61,990 nucleotides of DNA from a virus (lineage: Duplodnaviria > Caudoviricetes). Every line of letters starts with the position of its first letter. Position 1 is the first letter of the stretch. Below, piece after piece: positions 58,652 to 61,990 of this stretch. The notes under the pieces were generated by a model. That model had not been told where the DNA came from and searched no databases. It saw nothing but the letters and a program-made list of their open reading frames with translations. A program made the translations under genes and the position numbers. The stretch covers positions 1-61,990 of the IMG/VR virus record IMGVR_UViG_3300004461_001625, one strand, 5' to 3'.

Positions 58652-60067
58652 TTAATCATTGTCTTGTTTTTTTAACTCTTGTTCCAAATCATATGCTTTT
58701 TGTTGAAGTCTAAATGATTCTTTCTTATAAGTCTTTCTTTGATCATACAACCTACTTAATACGTCTTTAAGTATTGATCTCTCTGTACTATATACCGCAC
58801 CTGTAACTGAAACAATCCTATCATCACCTACTTCCTTATCTCTAATTTCTGGTTTTACTTTTCTAATAAAACTTTCTGGAGATACATTTAATTGTCTCAT
58901 AATAGAAGGATATAGTGAAGCAAAATCAAACGCAGCTACAGCATTATGCATTCCTGTTTTAGGTTCTTTTACAAAGGCTCCTTCAAATTGTTGTCTTTTA
59001 GTTGGAGGTGCTTTAGGATCTTTTGCCATTACTAAATCTCTGGTTAAAAATTCTCTGGCTAATAATGCTTCAGTAATTGCTACAGGTGATGCTGCTTTAA
59101 ATATACTAATCTGAGTCATATGAGCAATAGTTAAAGCAATTTCCATTGTTTTAATTTTTTCATGAATTAAATAAACTAATGCAGTATCAACAGCATTATA
59201 AAAAATGTATTTAGGATAATCCTTTTCATACATATCCTGTATTGTTCCGTCATATTTAATTTTACGAATACCTACAACAGCTTCACCTACTGTATCTAAT
59301 TTAAAATCTTCTTTAATATCAACAGTCCTATCCCATTTTGCATAAATATCTAAATAATCCATTACGCCTACATGGCATGGAAATTCATGTTTACCAAACG
59401 TTCTACCTATAGGAGAAGCTATAGAAGGATCAATTCCTAATTTCTTACAACGATTTACAATATACTGCCAGTCAAATTGAACATAATTCCAACCTGTCAT
59501 CATAGAAAACTTTTTAACAAAAGAATCCATAAAAGTATAAAGCATATCATACTCATTTTTAAAACATTTAAAGATAAATGAAAATTCTTCGCCTATACTT
59601 TTAAAGTGTTCATCTATTTGTTTTTGAATTTTAGATTGTGTTTGTCTATCTAAATCTTTTGTAGCTAAAACTATACATTGCTTTTCTGGAGTAACAATAC
59701 AAATTGCAGTTACTGGATTAGGTGCCTTGCTTGGTTCTGGAAATGAATCAGTTACCTCTACTTCAATATCTACAAAAAAAGTTTTTGGAAAATGATAACC
59801 GAATATGAGCTCTCTATCAGAAAAAGATAGCTGATCCATATATTCAATAATTCTATACTTATTTAAATATCTTGATCTTGCTTTCTTTACAGAACGACCA
59901 TCCCAGTTTTTAATTTTCTTATCTGCTTTAGGATCGCCGCCTTCACAAACCTCCCAGTTAAACATATCCTCTGGTTGAAGATCATAAGTTTTAAATCTAG
60001 TTTTTCCGTCAAGATTAAAATAAGAAACCCATAATTGGCGATCTTCTTGAGTTATATCTAATAGCAT
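58652..60067 (-). CDS. family B DNA polymerase, N-terminal subunit (gp43A-like: exonuclease plus motif A)
   Basis: ExoI DIEV, ExoII GWNYVQFD, ExoIII YNAVD, FEGAFV.EP, motif A FDFASLYPSIM..NVSPE; ends in the first fingers helix. Confidence 0.92.
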   Translation of the reverse strand: MLLDITQEDRQLWVSYFNLDGKTRFKTYDLQPEDMFNWEVCEGGDPKADKKIKNWDGRSVKKARSRYLNKYRIIEYMDQLSFSDRELIFGYHFPKTFFVDIEVEVTDSFPEPSKAPNPVTAICIVTPEKQCIVLATKDLDRQTQSKIQKQIDEHFKSIGEEFSFIFKCFKNEYDMLYTFMDSFVKKFSMMTGWNYVQFDWQYIVNRCKKLGIDPSIASPIGRTFGKHEFPCHVGVMDYLDIYAKWDRTVDIKEDFKLDTVGEAVVGIRKIKYDGTIQDMYEKDYPKYIFYNAVDTALVYLIHEKIKTMEIALTIAHMTQISIFKAASPVAITEALLAREFLTRDLVMAKDPKAPPTKRQQFEGAFVKEPKTGMHNAVAAFDFASLYPSIMRQLNVSPESFIRKVKPEIRDKEVGDDRIVSVTGAVYSTERSILKDVLSRLYDQRKTYKKESFRLQQKAYDLEQELKKQDND

Positions 60068-60090
60068 ATTTTATTTTTTATAGGTAATGA

Positions 60091-60585
60091 TTAATAATTG
60101 TTTTCTTGCCTGTTCCAATTCTCTTCATTCTTAGAAAGATAATAATTATAGAACTCTTTTGGAGAAACGCCGATAGCTAAACCTGCATTAAATACAAAAT
60201 GCATTACATCAATCCATTCCATTTTTAATTCCTTTAAATCACCTGGTGTTAAATCAGATAATTTTTGTTTTCTGATTTCAGGATTTTTAGATTTCCAAGG
60301 TTTCCATGCAGCATTACCAACACCGTCTTCGATTCCTCCAACCGCATCTACCATTTCATGTAGCTCATCAATGATTGCATGATTAGTAACCATTAAAAAA
60401 TCTATAACATCACCTATAGTGAACTCTGAGAAAGGTTTTCTACCTTGCTTTTCAAAATACATATTTTGAGTTTTAGCTTGTAGAGAATAAAGTTCTTCTA
60501 ATGAATTAACTTTAACATCATATTCTTTCTCTTTCCAATAATCTCTAACATCGAGATCCTTACATTTATTATCAGTGTTTGCCAT
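60091..60585 (-). CDS. all-alpha dimeric dUTPase/dCTPase (T4 gp56/MazG-like)
   Basis: DELHEM, WKPWK, MEWIDVMHF, YLSKNEEN..RQ..Y. Confidence 0.85.
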   Translation of the reverse strand: MANTDNKCKDLDVRDYWKEKEYDVKVNSLEELYSLQAKTQNMYFEKQGRKPFSEFTIGDVIDFLMVTNHAIIDELHEMVDAVGGIEDGVGNAAWKPWKSKNPEIRKQKLSDLTPGDLKELKMEWIDVMHFVFNAGLAIGVSPKEFYNYYLSKNEENWNRQENNY

Positions 60586-60603
60586 ACTCTTTTTAATTTA
60601 TTT

Positions 60604-60631
60604 TTATATAGCTAAAATGTAAGTTTGTTTT
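60604..60631 (-). promoter_or_regulatory. putative replication-class promoter for dUTPase and the polymerase N-subunit
   Basis: AAAAC-N17-ATATAA. Confidence 0.6.
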
Positions 60632-61460
60632 ATTTTTGTTTAGAGATATATTCTAACATTTGAATATTCCATTTAGGATCAAACCAAAACCTTCTTCCAT
60701 TCTTATCCATGATATGCCCCATGTTTTTATTGTTATAACATTTGATGAATCTTTCAAATTTTTCTTTATCTGATTGCCACGGATTTTCCCAGTCTTTTAA
60801 TTGGCCACCACCTAATGAATAAGCTTTTCTTGGTATAGTTGTACATAGTTCTAATACCTTTGGGCAATTGTCTATAACTTCTCTAGCATCCATAAAAGGA
60901 TTTACTTCAGGTAGCCTATATAAGATCTCAGCTCTAAGATAATTACCAATACCATTAAAATATTTTTGATTCATTAATACTAAATGAATAGGTTGATCAA
61001 ATACTCTTTTATCCAAATTCTTTAATACATTATATTTAAATTCATCTACTTCAGTTGTAGGATCTGGTCCACGATTCGTACTCCATGTTTCACCGGCTTT
61101 CCATTTACCAAATCTCCTTACATCAACAAACGATAATGTAGTTCCATCCTTTCTATAAAATTTTAAATGAGCATGCTTTGATTCTTGGCCAGTATTTGTT
61201 AATTTAAAATGACCACTCATTCCCATTGACATTCTAAGAGGAGTAGTTTTATCACCTTCTTTAATGTATAATATTAATTCCTTTCCTCTACTCTCCGCAG
61301 ATAAACCAAAATAACCCGTAGGGTTCTCGGGTGTAATACAATGAGTTCCTTTGTGAGCAGGATTTTTTTCAATTTTTATATAATGAATCATAGGACCTTC
61401 ACCTTGGCTACATTCATTTATATAATCTGCTGTTAATCTAAGTTCTGCTAATTCTGGCAT
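60630..61460 (-). CDS. Fpg/Nei-family DNA glycosylase/AP lyase, NEIL1-like
   Basis: N-terminal PELAE, RGKEL, GMSG, FVDVRRFG, H2TH NGIGNYLRAEILYR, zincless finger DKNGRRFWF. Confidence 0.9.
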   Translation of the reverse strand: MPELAELRLTADYINECSQGEGPMIHYIKIEKNPAHKGTHCITPENPTGYFGLSAESRGKELILYIKEGDKTTPLRMSMGMSGHFKLTNTGQESKHAHLKFYRKDGTTLSFVDVRRFGKWKAGETWSTNRGPDPTTEVDEFKYNVLKNLDKRVFDQPIHLVLMNQKYFNGIGNYLRAEILYRLPEVNPFMDAREVIDNCPKVLELCTTIPRKAYSLGGGQLKDWENPWQSDKEKFERFIKCYNNKNMGHIMDKNGRRFWFDPKWNIQMLEYISKQK

Positions 61461-61463
61461 ATG

Positions 61464-61976
61464 TTAATTATTAAATCCTTTTATATGGATATTTAGGTTT
61501 GTTAAAAGTTCAGGAGTTCTTATTCCACTCCGGTTAATACTATCAAGTATTTTTTGCTCAGATTTTAAAATCCATGCTATCTTAAAATTATCTATTAATA
61601 TTTTATAGATAGGTAATACTAGATCAAGATTATCAAGTTCATAAAGCTTTTTTGCTATTTGAGATATAGGAACAATATGCTCTAAATGAAATATACCATT
61701 TTTTCTACCGATATCTTTTAGTCCGCTTTTATTTGTTTGTTCTCTCCATGTAATCCACTTTAGCTTTTCTTCAGGATCATCTATATCTAGTTTAATAGCT
61801 TCCTGTAGAGCGGCGCTCGAATACATATAAGGGAGTCCTAATTCTTTAGGGGTATTACTATAAAACCTAATAAGTCTTGTTACAGTGTACTTAATCTCTT
61901 TGTCATTAGGATTATCTTTAATCCATTTCAATAAAGGTTGTAATGTTTTTGCATACAAAATTATTTTTTCTATCAT
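61464..61976 (-). CDS. hypothetical protein, possible His-Me (HNH-like) nuclease
   Basis: FHLEHIVP motif only. Confidence 0.45.
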   Translation of the reverse strand: MIEKIILYAKTLQPLLKWIKDNPNDKEIKYTVTRLIRFYSNTPKELGLPYMYSSAALQEAIKLDIDDPEEKLKWITWREQTNKSGLKDIGRKNGIFHLEHIVPISQIAKKLYELDNLDLVLPIYKILIDNFKIAWILKSEQKILDSINRSGIRTPELLTNLNIHIKGFNN

Positions 61977-61990
61977 ATTAACCTTTCATA

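Noticed and set aside
40790-60067. Split intein or intron joining the polymerase halves
   Set aside because: No intein terminal residues (Cys/Ser start, His-Asn end) or extra domain at the break, and no intron-like non-coding sequence next to either half
43052-61976. TET/JBP dioxygenase or dCMP hydroxymethylase to partner the methyltransferase and BGT-like gene
   Set aside because: No ORF in the window shows 2OG-Fe(II) dioxygenase or thymidylate-synthase motifs; such a gene could lie outside the window
1-61990. Stop-codon reassignment as seen in some Bacteroidota phages
   Set aside because: The standard code gives full-length conserved genes and dense coding

Overview
This window is a 62-kb, very AT-rich, densely coding segment of a large T4-like (myovirus) bacteriophage genome. 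Almost every gene is on the minus strand. The host is probably a Bacteroidota/Flavobacteriia cell (inferred from the tRNA-Ala sequence, an Hc1-like gene, A/T-rich leaders without Shine-Dalgarno sites and a Bacteroidota-style DnaQ). Structural and packaging genes: portal, protease-scaffold fusion, major capsid, terminases, neck and tail terminator, sheath, tube, tail chaperones and tape measure. Replication and recombination genes: gp41, UvsX, gp46/47, clamp and clamp loader, RNase H, NrdAB, dUTPase and a NEIL1-like glycosylase. It also has a gp55-like late sigma factor, a tmRNA and a truncated tRNA-Ala. The most notable features are: (1) a family-B DNA polymerase split into two genes about 16.7 kb apart; (2) a six-gene operon between the halves (HAD phosphatase, kinase, nucleotidyltransferase, T4 beta-glucosyltransferase-like enzyme, epimerase, atypical C5 cytosine methyltransferase) that looks like a candidate DNA sugar-hypermodification pathway; (3) a separate glycan toolkit (PglF/E/D, KdsA, GT10/GT23/GT2/Maf-like transferases, sulfotransferase) that may decorate the virion or the host surface; (4) an unannotated 21-aa, 9-Cys metallothionein-like ORF; (5) a probable +1 frameshift in the tail chaperone genes; (6) three recurring promoter motifs that sort the genes into functional classes. 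All product calls come from motif recognition by eye; no database searches were run.
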